A DNA stretch of 64,000 nucleotides from the human T2T-CHM13v2.0 reference genome, Homo sapiens. A model generated the notes under the pieces. It saw only the letters and a program-made list of their open reading frames with translations. It was not told the origin of the DNA and searched no databases. The stretch lies in NCBI RefSeq assembly GCF_009914755.1, contig NC_060929.1; one strand, written 5' to 3'. The position numbers were made by a program, and so were the translations under genes. Positions 1 to 13,149 of the stretch are shown here, in pieces. Positions within the stretch are counted from its first letter, which is position 1; each line of letters begins with the position of its first letter.

Positions 1-690
1 ATTTATCTTGAACACTGGAGGATGGAGTCCATGACACCCAATGTAAATACCAGTAACCAAGTGCAGATTAATGCAACTGCCATCCACTCATCTCTTCAAT
101 TATCCAGAGGTTCTTCAACACAGAGAACAAATCATAAGGAAAAATGAAAGACAGTTGAGTTGCAATTATAATAAAAATTTTAAAGTGGTATTGAAGGCTC
201 AGTAAGTACTTTGCAAGGTAGAGGAACAGAAGGATTAATTTAGGGGCAATGAAAAGCAGTGATATGTTGGCAATTTAGGCGGTTGAACAAGTGCATAGCA
301 TGTATGGAATTCCAGTGTTTTTATGGGCCACCAACCAACTGAAACTTCCTCCTCCTCTTGATGGTGAGGCTCTGTTTATGAACCACAGCATGTTTGTGTT
401 TCCTACTCAAGCCTGCTTTACTGCCCTGGAGTCCCTGATGCCAACACATACGCACGCATTCTGAGTTCAGGGACTGAGCAATCCACCTTTCAAAAGCCAA
501 CAGAAGTATTCTATGCCAGTCTCCGTTCGACTTTGAAGATGCTGACCAGGGGAAAAAATAAAATCCTCCATTCAAATCTTATCCTTGCTAATAGGAGGGC
601 CATGGGCTGCCAGCTATCTTGTGCCAGCCCCTTTATGGTTTGTCTCTGACAGATCAGTATCAAACCAAATAGCTATAGGCCAACCAAGTT

Positions 691-714
691 AAAAAAAAAA
701 AAAAAAAAAAAAAA
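691..714 (+). repeat. poly(A) tract (A24)
   Basis: 24 consecutive A, no adjoining Alu/L1 body recognised. Confidence 0.9.
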
Positions 715-1302
715 CAGAAACCAAAAGACTCATGCCTGCTGGTGAAAACTTAAGCAGGCATGTGGGTAACATGAGTGGGACAAGCTGGCAGCCCACAGTC
801 TTTTTGAAGTGAAGAGCAAACAAGTTGAGGATTTTTATAATGCAGGCTTTGTCCGGTAATTCAGCCAGAAGCTTTACCAATACAGCTGCTTCCAAAAACT
901 AAAACACATGGGGCTGAAAGCATTGCAACTTAAAGCAAACAAGATTCGCAGCCAGGTCCAGCATTCCCAACAGCTGAAGAATGGACACGCTCTGCCACTA
1001 AAAATAAAGTGGTGGACCAATTCTGAATGTCTCCCAGACAGACCAAAAGTAAATAATGTTGGACAATTATAACCTGTAAAAAGACCAACTAAAAGAGACT
1101 ATGATCAGTGTTTGAAGATACAGCTACAAAGAGCTCTCTCTTGGGATGGAATTCAAGGGTCAGAAAGGGAAGCTGGGTAAGAGAGATGTCAGTTATGAAA
1201 ATAATGCTTAAAAGAAAAGAATAAAGAGCTTACAATCATTTTCTTGTGAAATATGTAGCACCTATTACCCTTTATCCTTACCCTCCAAGTTGGGGGACAT
1301 AT

Positions 1303-1304
<2 letters not shown>

Positions 1305-1344
<40 letters not shown>
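1305..1344. repeat. (GT)20 microsatellite
   Basis: Perfect dinucleotide run. Confidence 0.95.
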
Positions 1345-1345
<1 letters not shown>

Positions 1346-2374
1346 TGTGTTTATAGCTTTTCACACATTTATCTCTCTAGCCTCTTTTCAACAGGCCACA
1401 TCCCCTCATTGCACATCAGGCTTCAGCCCAACTGAATTTGAACCTTCAGTGGCACAAGCAGCAAAAGCAGCCCTATCGTTTCCATTGAAGAGCAAATGTT
1501 CCTGTCATAACACTAGATCACAAACATCACGAAGAAATAAATCAACACGTTCTCAAATGTTAAGTTGTGACTATCCAAAGCCCAAAATACTAGAGAAAAC
1601 TAGGCAAAGAGAGTGCTTGATCTCCTCCTGCAAAACAGATCAGTGTTCTTTCTCATCAAAAGGAGAAACTCCTCACTTTTGAGCTTTCAACAGGTGGCCT
1701 GAAAAAGCCTTCAGTCTACTGGGCAACTAAGCGGCACGTGCTAAAGGGTAGGTAGATTAGGAGGACATGAGGGGCTATTTCAGCCCAGAGTGCAGTCTTC
1801 AAGCTGGGGGTATAATTTATGTTCCTACATCTATATGATATATTCCCCGTTACAGTAATTATTATGAATTATAGATAAGCACTCTGCGTGTAATGTTCTG
1901 CTCTCCATTTCCTACAAATCAAATTACTGAGGGTTATATTGGATTGTGGACATATTTAGAAAATCCTTTTATGGTTGTTTGTTAACTTTCCTCCTGCCAA
2001 GAGGCTCCAATCTCTCCTTTGATCAGATGGCCCCAGAGCTCCTGCCTTGTAAAGGAGCATGTGGGACCGAGGGGGCTGGCACAGGGCAGGGCACTGACCG
2101 GGCCCTGGAGTCACCACACAGACCAACAAAGGGCTAATGAAGCCATGCTGGCCAGGAAATGGTTGAGGTACCCTAAGTCTGGGCACATGGTAGGTGCTTA
2201 GGAATGATCTATTGAATTCTACACTGGATATGATCCCAAGGAGGAGAAAAACAACTTCTACAGAGCTAGGCTTCTAAGCTGGACCCCAGACTGTTACAGC
2301 TTCCATATTCGGGTGCTTGATGGGTACCATTGTGGGTAGAGGAGAGGGATGGGCCCACAAATTAGGTTATATCT

Positions 2375-2676
2375 TTTTTTTTTTTTTTTTTTTTGAGACA
2401 GAATCTTGCTCTGTCACCCAAGCCAGAGGAGCAATGGCGCGATCTTGGCTCACTGCAACCTCTGCCTTCTGGTTTCAAGCAATTCTCCTGCCTCTGCCTC
2501 CAGCGTAGCTGGGACTACAGGCACCTGCCACCATGCCCAGCTAATTTTTTGTATTTTTAGTAGATACGGGGTTTCACCACGTCGGCCTCTCTGGACTCGA
2601 ACTCCTGACCTCGTGATCCATCCGCCTCGGCCTCCCAAAGTGCTGGGATTACAGACGTGAGCCACTGCGCCCGGCC
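2375..2676 (-). mobile_element. Full-length Alu, S class (AluSg-like)
   Basis: Poly-T then reverse Alu dimer ending CCCGGCC; GACCTCGTGATCC diagnostic; perfect 17-bp TSD CAAATTAGGTTATATCT at 2358-2374 and 2678-2694. Confidence 0.95.
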
Positions 2677-3071
2677 TCAAATTAGGTTATATCTAAACAC
2701 TATTCCTATTATGAAAAATTAATCCCTAAATATTTCGACTCCTTAATCAGCTTCTCAAACCTGATTCTGGGTATCTTCTCGACCCTCTAAGCCAAAAAGA
2801 TGGGTTGTGTGCATAAGTGAAGGTTGGAAGACTGCCCACAATGAGTAAAAATCTTCAAGTCTAAGGAGTTGCAAAGACCCAAGAGAAAACTCTAGGCTCC
2901 CACCCACCATTCCCTACCTTTCCTATAACCTCTGTACTTTAGATACAAGTTACCCCCACCAAAAATTCCCTTCTCGCAAGACTATTTCATAGGTGAGAGC
3001 TACTTGTCACATGAAATAAATCTTGCTATAATGTTAATGACTAGCAAAGATGCCCTATAATTTTTAAAAAG

Positions 3072-3210
3072 CTAGCATTTATTGAACACTTACTCTGTGC
3101 CAGGGACTGCTGTACATGTTATTTCATCTTCTCAACAACCTAATGAGGTAAGTATTACTATGTATCATTCCAATCTGACAAGTATGGAAATGTAGGCACG
3201 GAGACTGAAT
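3072..3210 (-). mobile_element. MIR SINE fragment
   Basis: TTTATTGAACACTTACTCTGTGCCAGG...CAACAACCTAATGAGGTAAGTA resembles the reverse MIR 3' half. Confidence 0.7.
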
Positions 3211-3629
3211 ACCACCTTCTCTAATTTGCCCTTAAGAAGTATGTGCAAATCCAAGCAGTGTGGCTTAGAACCAGCACACTTAACCACTTTCTACATACCA
3301 ACTCACACACTATCATCTACAAACAGACACCATCTGCATTATTCTGTAAATATCCTTATTTTGGGCCATTGGCTCTTGGGTCCTTCATGTCCCTCATCTG
3401 TAAAACTAAGAGGTTAAACTCCCTCAGTGGTCTTCAAGATTTGTCAAGCTTCCTTTGGGCCTGTTGAGTGTGGAAGTCGAGGATGAGAGTGGCAAGGCTC
3501 TGTTCATTCACCCCAGTTTCAACCCCAATACTTCTGCTTCTGTCCTTACATGTGTTATATTCAGGCATAAAATTTCTTTTGCAGGATGTTTCTGAATCTT
3601 TAAACATTTTGAAATCTACTGATCAAGAG

Positions 3630-3961
3630 CAGAGATCATAAACTGCTGATCTATGGTCCGAACACAGCCTGCAGATTTTTTTGTTGTTGTTTGGCCCCAA
3701 AGAGTTTTGTTTTGTTTTGCTTTGCTTGAATTTGATTACACACCAATATTTAAAATTTAGGAGAGTTTACATAAAAATTGAGCCCCTCTTGAAAAATTAG
3801 ATGTGTAAGCATTGGGCAGGCCTTCCCACCTAACAACCATTATGTGAGTAGTTCCCTAAATGGTCCATGCAGTCTGCAGCTCACCACTGCACCTGCCCAG
3901 CCCACTTCATTCAGCACTCACCTTGCCTGACCCTTGTAGACATTTGAGTTTGCAATCCCTT
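3630..3961 (+). mobile_element. MER102 (hAT-Charlie) MITE
   Basis: GTTTGGCCC, TTACATAAAAAT, CTCTTGAAAAATT and terminal CCCTTGTAGACATTTGAGTTTGCAATCCCT follow the MER102 consensus in order. Confidence 0.75.
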
Positions 3962-3994
3962 GTCTAGATTATCTTTAAAGCCCTTCTTAGTCTT

Positions 3995-4298
3995 GGCCAG
4001 ACATAGTGGCTCATGTCTGTGATCTCAGCACTTTTGGAAACCCAGATAGGAGGATTGCTTGAGGCAAGGAGTTTGAAGCCAGCCTGGGCAACATAGTGAG
4101 ACCCTCTCTCTACAGAAAAAAAAAAGTTTAAAAATTATCTACATACAATGGCACAAGCCTGTAGTCCCAGCTACTTGGGAGGCTGTGGCAAGAGGATTGC
4201 TTGAGCCCATGAGTTCAAAGCTGCAGTGAGATATGATGATACCAGCGCACTCAGGCCTGGATAACAGAGCAAGACCCAGTCTCTTAAAAACACAAAAA
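3995..4298 (+). mobile_element. AluJ
   Basis: GGAGGATTGCTTGAG in both arms, AGCCTGGGCAACATAGTGAGACCC, A-rich linker and tail. Confidence 0.9.
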
Positions 4299-4425
4299 AT
4301 TTCTTCCTATTCCCAAATATACCCCCAACTGAATTGTAAACTTCTAAAGACTTTGCTTTATGCATACTCAACATTCCTCAGAGCTTCCTACCTCGTCCCC
4401 CATCATCTATACCCTGTCCTAGCAT

Positions 4426-4426
<1 letters not shown>

Positions 4427-4458
<32 letters not shown>
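4427..4458. repeat. (CA)16 microsatellite
   Basis: Perfect dinucleotide run. Confidence 0.95.
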
Positions 4459-4462
<4 letters not shown>

Positions 4463-5742
4463 TGAAAAATGTTCAATACATAAAGAGGTTCAATAGCTGT
4501 TCTTTATGTTGGAAAATGGCTTTCTATATTACACCAGTTAGCATTATTTACATTTTATTGAAAAATCTTGAGCCCCCAATTTCTCAGCCCAAAAGAATGC
4601 ATTTCTAATAATATATTTCATCTTGCAATGTGTCAAGCAAGCCTGGGAGAAATTTGGGGGTAGAAGGATTCTGTTAGTAAAGCAATCTGTTCCCAATAAA
4701 TTAAGACTCACTCTAGTTCCCTTGATTAATTAGAGCTTATTATAAGGATATTCAAGAACATAAAAGAAACAGGAGTGCCATGGGACACCTTTTACCACTC
4801 AGAGACTCGTATATTTGGGGATAAGAAAAATCCACCAGGGCTCCAGTGACCACTAACCTTACGGGCATGTTATTAGCAGGACTCTGTTGATCCCTTACCT
4901 TTATGGTGAGTGAGCTCCTCTCTGATTGCATCTATTCCTCCCACTAGTTCCAGGAGCCACCTTACCCTCTACTTGCTGCCGTGCCATCTCTGTTTCAGTT
5001 TCTGCTTACTCATAAAGTCTGTTTACTTACCCACTTTATTCATCTTTCTTGCTGCCACAAGGCCTCCCCTTGTGGTTCTTTTCAGCTTATACTCCTTCCC
5101 AAAACCAACAAATTGACTCCCTCCCCAGTTGCCCTAGTTGAAATTCCTGAGTGAGAACATCTGACCCAGCTAATCACATTTTGCCTGTTTGGGCAGTTTT
5201 TCATGCCAAACCATCTCATAAGGACACTGGCCAGCCTAGAGATTGGTTAGGGATAGGACCACCCCATTGAGATAGGTCTGGAAGAAAGGGACTCATGGCC
5301 ACCCAGGGCAGCTCTCACAGCCCACATATGGGTAGGCACTTTCCCTAAGAAAGAAGCTACTGGCATGGCAGGAGATGTGATGGACCTGCCCAATAGGATT
5401 CTCAGACTTCCATTCAAATCATGTCAGTGTCTCTATCTTTGAGGGTAGTTTCTATCTGAAACATAAAACAAAGCTACGACTATATTGCTATAACATTGTT
5501 GTTCATGTGGGCCTGTAAGCAGGAGACATCAAAGGACTTCTGTGGTTCTTTCCTGACCTTGAATTACAATTTACTCTAATTCGATTTGCTCTAATCCTGC
5601 ATATACATGGATCCAAATTGTTTTTGGGACATCTCAACCAAACATTTTTATAAAGTATTACCTAGGCATAAGTTCCAATGAATTATACAGACTCCCAACC
5701 TCTTCATCAAGTTTATTCTCATGACTTCAAATACTACATATT

Positions 5743-6010
5743 GGCCAGTTGCAGTGGCTCACGCCTGTAATCCCAGCACTTTGGGAAGCCAAGGAGGGCA
5801 GATCACCTGTGGTCAGGAGTTCGGGACCAGGCTGGCCAACATCTCTACTAAAACCCCATCTCTACTAAAAATATAAAAATTAACTGGGCGTGGTGGCACG
5901 CCTGTAGTCCCAGCTACTGGGGAGGCCGAGGCACGAGAATCACTTGAACCCAAGAGGTGGAGGTTGTGATAAGCCTAAATTGTGCCACTGTACTCTGTCT
6001 CAAAAAAAAG
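5743..6010 (+). mobile_element. AluS (Sx-like) with internal rearrangements
   Basis: GGCTCACGCCTGTAATCCCAGCACTTTGGG...GATCACCTGTGGTCAGGAGTTCG; local duplication of ATCTCTACTAAAA and ~25-bp deletion before the tail. Confidence 0.9.
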
Positions 6011-6152
6011 AAACCATATTTTAAGGAATCTCAACAGCATAAACTCAACCCAGCTCTTTCTCTCCTGCGCTCCATGTCTATATTACTCACCTCCACCTAA
6101 ATATCCGATAGTCATTTTATATGTCTTCTATGTCATTAAAATTCATCATGTC

Positions 6153-8482
6153 TGTATTAGTCTGTTTTCACACTGCTATAGAGATACTACTCAAAACTGG
6201 GTAATTTATAAAGGAAAGAGGTTTAATTGACTCACAGTTCCACATGGCTGAAGAGGCCTCAGGAAACTTACAATCATGGTGGAAGGGGAAGAGACACATC
6301 TTACCTGGTGGCAGGCAAGAGAGAGTGAAACTGCCATTTATAAAACCTTCAGATCTCATGAGAACTCCCTCACTATCACGAGAACAACACAGCAGAAACA
6401 GCCCCCATGATTCAATCACCTCCCACCAGGTCTCTCCCTCAACACCTAGAGATTACAATTCAAGATGAGATTTGGGTGGGGACACAAAGCCTAACCGTGT
6501 CATTTTGCCCTGGTCCCTCCCAAATCTCATGTCCTCACATTTCAAAACTAATCATGCCTTCCCAACAGTCCCCCAAAATCTTAACTCATTTCAGTATTAA
6601 CTCAAAACTCCAAGTCCAAAGTCTCATCTGAGATAAGGCAAGTCCCTTCCACCTAGGAGCCTGTAAAATCAAAAACAAGTTAGTTGCTTCCAAGATACAA
6701 TGGAAGTACAGTCATTGGATAAATGTTCCCATTCCAAATGGGAGGAATTGCCCAAAACAAAGGGGCGACAGGCACCACGTAAGTCCAAAATCCAACAGAG
6801 CAGTCAATAAATCTCAAAGGTTCAAAATGATCTCCTTTAACTCCGTGTCTCACATTCAGGTCACACCGATGCAAGAGGTGGGCTCTCATGGTCTTGCACA
6901 GCTCTGCCCCTGTGGCTTTACAGGATACAGTCCTCCTCCTGGTTTCTTACATGGGCTAGCATTGAGTGTCTGCAGCTTTTCCAGGTTCATGGTGCAAGCT
7001 GTTGGTGGATCTACCATTCTGGAGTCTGGAGGATGGTGGTCCTCTTCTCACAGCTCCACTAGGCAGTGCCCCAGTGGGGACTCTGCGGCAGGGGGTGGGC
7101 TCCAACCCCACATTTGACCTTCTGCACTGCCCTAGCAAAGGTTCTCCAGCAGACTTCTGCCTGGCCATCCAGGCATTTCCATATATCCTCTGAAATCCAG
7201 GCAGAAGTTTCCAAACCTCAGTTCTTGACTTCTGTGCACCCCTACACCCAACACCATGTGGAAGCTGATAAGGCTTGGGGCTTGCACCCTCCAAACCAAT
7301 AGCCCAAGCTGTACCTTGGCTTAGCCACGACTGGAGCTGAAGCAGCTGGGACACAGGGTGCCATGTCCTGAGGCTGGACAGGTGTTGGGGGGACCCTGGG
7401 CCCAGCCCACAAAACCATTTTTCCTCCAAGGCCTCTGAGCCTGTGACAGGAGGGCCAGCTGCCAAGATCTCTGACATGCCCTGGAGACATTGTCCCCATT
7501 GTCTTGGTCATTAATAATGCAGCTCCTCATTGCTCATTCAAATTTCTGCACCCCAGCAGGCTTGAATTTTTCCTCAGAAAATGGGTTTTTCTTTTCTATC
7601 ACATCATCAGGCTACAAATTTTCCAAACTTGTTTGCTGTGCTTCTGTTTTAAACATAAGTTCCAATTTCAAACCATCTCTTTGTGAATGCATAATACTGA
7701 ATGATTTCAGAATAATCCAGGTCATGTCTTGAATGCTTTGCTGCTTAGAAATGTCTTCCACCAGATACCCTAAATCATCTCTCTCAAGTTCAAAGTTCCA
7801 CAGATCTCTAGGGCAGGGGCAAAATGCCACCAGTCTCTTTGCTAAAGCATAGCATGAGTTACCTTTATACCAGTTCCCAACAAGTTTCTCATCTTCATCT
7901 GAGACCACCTCAGCCTGGACTTCATTGTTCACATCACTATCAGCATTTTGGTGAAAACCATTAACAAGTCTCTAGGAAGCTCCAAACTTTCTCCATATTC
8001 CTGTCTTCTTCTGAGCCCTCCCAACTCTTCCAACCTCTGTCTGTTACTCATTCTAAAGTAACTTCCACATCTTTTAGTATCTTTATAGCAGTACCCCACT
8101 CTATTTGTACCAATTTACTGTTTGAGCCCATTGTCACACTGCTATGAAGATCCTACTGGAGGCTGGGTAATTTATAAAGGAAAGAGGTTTAATTAACTTA
8201 CAGTTCTGCATGGCTGGGGAAGTCTCAGGAAACTTACAATTATAGTGGAAAGGGAAGCAGGCACATCTTACATGGTGGCAGGCAAGAGACAGTGAAAAGC
8301 CCAGGGGAAGCTGCCACTTATAAAGCCAACAGATTTCATGAGAACTCCCTCACTATCACAAGAACAGCATGGGAGAGACAGCCCCCATGATCCAATCACC
8401 TCCCACCAGTCCTTCCCCTCAACACCTGGGGAGTACAATTTAAGATGAGATTTGGTTTGGGACACAAAGCTTAACTATATCA
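6153..8482 (-). mobile_element. Complete THE1 (THE1D-like) ERVL-MaLR provirus: LTR 6153-6502, internal 6503-8118, LTR 8119-8482
   Basis: Two ~350-bp direct LTRs with TG...CA ends sharing GGGTAATTTATAAAGGAAAGAGGTTTAATT and CAGGAAACTTACAAT; ~1.6-kb THE1-int; 5-bp TSD ATGTC at 6148-6152 and 8483-8487. Confidence 0.93.
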
Positions 8483-8519
8483 ATGTCCAAACTACTTTAC
8501 CTGCCTTTTTCCCAGTTAA

Positions 8520-9110
8520 CTGACCCTTCCTCAACCATCCAATTGCTAAAATAATAAATTTGGGAGTCACCCTTTACTTTTACCTCTCCAAGGCTCATAT
8601 CCAGTCAATAATTGCTGTTGTTACTGAATATCGTTTCTCAAATACCTCTTAACTTTGTCTCTATTGATCCATCTCCATTGCCAGAGTGAATTACTATTAA
8701 TTCCTCTCAGTTATCTCTGGTCTTTTATAAAATGAAGCCATTCCCTCAGACTAAAACACTATCCTTCTGTTCATTAGCCCCTGTCCAAACCCTAAATGCC
8801 TTTTGTCTGGCTATTTCCTATGCATCCTTCAAGTCTCACATTAGGGTCACTTCCTCCAGGAAGCCATCCCTGACCCAACAATTCTGGGGCAGGTACTTCT
8901 TCTATATGTCTCAACTCTTCCATCCTATCGCTTACCTTGTGGTGTTTGGAATTGCCTGTCTGCTCCTCTATATCCCCCACTAAACTATTTGCTCCCTGAG
9001 AAAGGAACCACATCTGCCTTGTTTAAATCTGTGTCCCTGGTGTCTGACACAGTAACTGACACATAGTAGTCGCTTTGTTGCTTCACAAATATTTGTTAAA
9101 GAAATAAATG
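8520..9110 (+). mobile_element. L2 LINE fragments including 3' end
   Basis: TTGGGAGTCACCCTT, GTCACTTCCTCCAGGAAGCC and terminal AAATATTTGTTAAAGAAATAAATG typical of L2. Confidence 0.65.
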
Positions 9111-9282
9111 CCTTACTCTGCAATACCTATATGCTCTTCATAAATTTTTCTTCAAAATGCACCCAGAGGATAAAGTCGTGATCTTGATAAAATTTCAAAG
9201 ACAACTGGAAAAGGCCAAAGACACGCATAACCCCAAACACAAAACAGAATGAAAAACATACAAATAAAAAGATGCAAAACTA

Positions 9283-9564
<282 letters not shown>

Positions 9565-11872
9565 CTAAATGAAGATGCAAGTCACAGAGTCATGTAAATC
9601 ACTAATAGAAGCAGAATATAAATTCTATATTTAAATGTGTTTCCCAAGTCATATTTCTAAGGACAGTAACACACCATGCCCCTGAGAATTACAGCATACC
9701 TTTTTTTTCCATTGTTCATACACTAATTCATACTTCTGAAACTCAGATATTCAGATAACAAATAACCAAGTGTTGGAAGGAAAGTTACAAATTATAGTCA
9801 TATGTCACAGTCCAAGCAAATGGCAGCCAAATTTCCCTGTATAAATTGCAGAATTCTCTTATGATTTCACAAGATGTATTGAAAAGAAAAACACTAAAAA
9901 TTCATTTTTTACTCAGCTAATATAGTATATGGGTAAAGGGTTCATGTTTAAACTGTTACAGATGAGTGAGTTTTTCCAGAAATGCAATTTTAACAAAGCA
10001 TAATGCCACTGAGATATTAAAACTAAATTTAAATTTTTTAATATTAGGTTAACACCCTCAGAGCAAATCATGCTAATATCAGATGGTTTAAATAATGTCA
10101 CTTAGCTAGCAACAAGAAAACACATTTCAAAAGAAGACAATGGAAGAATAGAGCTAGTCAAAGGAATCTTTAGAAACAAAAATGACTTTTAATTAGTAGA
10201 CCTATAAACTAATACTAAAGAAGTTTTCATGTGGGTGTTTTAGATGATTTTGTTGTGATGGCTATTACTGTTAATTATCAGTGAATTTGAAGTTATCACT
10301 TCGAGAGTGAGACACCACAGCGAGCCCATGCTTTTCAGGTCAGACTGTTAGATTTTATTGCTGAGAATGCATACAATACTCAAGGTCAAAACTGTGTTTG
10401 TTTTAAAAGTGACAATTAATTATTGCTAATCTTCATCAGCCTTAGAACATTTTTACTTAAGAGAACACTCAGAGTGAAATGCTGACGGGAACCAGCTCAA
10501 AGACAAGGTAGAGCTAAAAATCTGCAGCCTGGGGTTTCCCTAAAAGAGAAGCAGGTAAACAAGCCAGTTTTGCCTTCAGCCAGTTCAAGGATAATGATTT
10601 GTAGGTAGGTGAAGTTTCAGACTTTCTTTTCACCCCCACCCTCTATCCTGACCCTCCTCCCTGACACAACAAAATCCCAAGTACCTAATTTTTCAGCCTC
10701 TTAAAGAACTCCAGTAGCTCCTACCTAAATGCTACGTGTATTCTGATCATTCAAGGATGTGGGTTTTGTCATTTGCATATGGTTTTGCCCTGATCTCAAG
10801 TTCAAAAAAATAAAGCGTATTTTGCCGCAGCCTGATGTAGAAACTCTAAACGTTCCCAGAATAAAAATAAACTTGTTCTGGCAAGGCCATTTGGGGATTA
10901 TTAGTTGGCATCTTTTGACTGTAGTCAGAAATAAGCAAGCATCCATTTGTAGCAATCCTTATAACATTATCTCTGTTTGGATTGTTATTATGCTTATAAG
11001 TGCTTTTGGAATCCATGCTAGTTTTTTTTTTTTTTTAAGAGATCTAGGGTCTCTTTTTACTTACTTTTTTTTATCAAGGAAATCAAAATTTCAAAAGCAA
11101 TATATTTCCATAGACTACATGAGAGACATGAAAAAAATTCAAGTATAAGTCCTGTGAAATATATTTGTGATCAGTGGAATTAGACCTCTTCCTAGTGTTC
11201 TAGTGACTATCAAAACAGATGTGTGATATCTGTGTCTGTCAGGTACCTTTTTAAAACCTTACATGGTTGGCTTGTCCTTGCTCAGCTCAGAGTCATTTAA
11301 AAAATACTTTGAGAGCTAGCCATGAGAATTACAAATCATTTTTCAAAGGTATGTACAGCTCTGCAAATTACAATGAGTTTACAGGTGCAGTCTTATTCTG
11401 TGTAACCTAGAGATGAAAGAGTTATCAAGGACACTGATGCTCATTGCTGCATCGATGAAATCTTCATGAATTCAAAAATTGTAGCAATAATCTCTTTTAT
11501 GGAAATAGATCTATGAGGTTGTCAAGCAGATGGTATCTGATTTCCTTCTAAGTGAGGAGGGCCCTGTAAAGTAGTATAAAGGTTCCAAAAGCAGTGATCA
11601 GTAGGAGCAGAAAACAGGCAAAGATCTTCACCCGCTTGGTGACCTGCTGGAACTCAGAGTAATAAAATGTGTCAGACACTCTGCTAGTCACTTTCTCATA
11701 CATTGGCTCACTGAAAGCACACAGCCACCTAATAAGACACCATTTTTTCCCCTCTAATTTAAAGCTAAGGATGCTTCAATACAGAAAGATTAAGGGACTT
11801 GACCAAGATCACCAAGCTCACAAAGGTCATAACAAAAAGGAACTAAGAAGGAAAAGCTGCTTACCACGAATG

Positions 11873-11939
<67 letters not shown>
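11873..11939. repeat. Compound (TC)13(AC)20 microsatellite
   Basis: Directly visible. Confidence 0.95.
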
Positions 11940-11940
<1 letters not shown>

Positions 11941-11955
11941 CATATACAATTAGCA

Positions 11956-12360
11956 TGTTAGCAGGGCTCAAAGTCTGATTATCAGCCCATTCTTTCCATC
12001 TGCATGCACTTTTCAGCCCGTGTGCTGTCCTATTTTGATAAATGCCATTCTTCCTTTAACTGGCTGAGGCTTTCCTAAACGTCCATGTGAACCTGATTTT
12101 CCCATTAAACAATTGCCCTGGATTACTTAGTGGTTTTCTAAAGCTGACCCTGGTAGTGGGCAGTAGGCTTGTGTGTGTTTCTCATGCTCTTTAACTCCCT
12201 CTTCCTTTGGCTTCCCCCTTCCCTTGCAAGCATCGTTGTCCATACTTCTTCTGCCCCATGCTGATGCAGCTAAGCACTATTAATGAAAATCCAGGAACCC
12301 AGCTGACCTGGTCTAATAAATTCTATATTGTCACACTGCCCTGCTTACTGAAAAGCAACA
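11956..12360 (+). mobile_element. Possible ancient ERVL-type solo LTR
   Basis: TGTTAG start, AATAAA ~40 bp before an ...AGCAACA end, ~400 bp; family not recognised, no TSD. Confidence 0.3.
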
Positions 12361-13149
12361 TAACTACTCCTTCCTGACCACAGATGCTCTCAGATCAATA
12401 TCTCAGTTCTTGACCCCTCATCCTCTTTCTAATGACATATTTCGTGCTGTCTACAAAATAACTCTCCTTGGTGATCTGCCAAGATCTAAAACTAATTATG
12501 ACAACACTGAGCCCAGTGTCCTCTCCCTCAAACCCTTGCCCCATTTCAACTTGTCTACTCTGGTCAGGGGCACTGCTAGCCATCTGAGCACCCAGCAATA
12601 AAACTGTGGGGTCATCTGCAGTCCCTCCTCCTCACCCATCCCCAAGGTCCAACACTAGTTCTACCAGCTCATCTTTCCTAATTTGGGGTCCATGTGTCCT
12701 CTTTGTTCCTACAATTAACCACACTGGCCAGCATTAATAGTGGAAGCATGCAAATAAACGTCTCTCTTTCCAGATTCTGCTGATGTCACAGGAACAACTG
12801 CTATGTCCTCATTCACAAAATCTTCAGCATGATCAAGAGACCCTTCCTTGTCTGGCCTCACCTACTTCTCCAGACTCAACTCATGCCACTCACCCTCTAA
12901 TTCACTATCTTTTTTTTTTTTCCTTTCATATTTGCTTACTTGACATGCTCTTTCTACCTCATAGCCTTTGAATATTTAGTCACTTTTCCTGGAATGTTCT
13001 CTACCCCACACTGGGTAATACCTACTCAGCAGCTCCCTCCAGCCTTCATTCTAGTAAGATTCCCTTATTGCACCCTGCACTTTTCCTTCATCATGCTTAT
13101 AATGGTCCATAAGAATATATTTATTTTCAAATAAATGGATACTACCAAT

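Noticed and set aside
691-714. Isolated A24 as a possible processed-pseudogene tail
   Set aside because: No adjacent polyadenylation signal, TSD or recognisable mRNA body upstream.
6956-7477. Longest ORF (173 aa) and overlapping ORFs
   Set aside because: Entirely inside the THE1 internal region; fragments of a decayed MaLR ORF, not a host gene.
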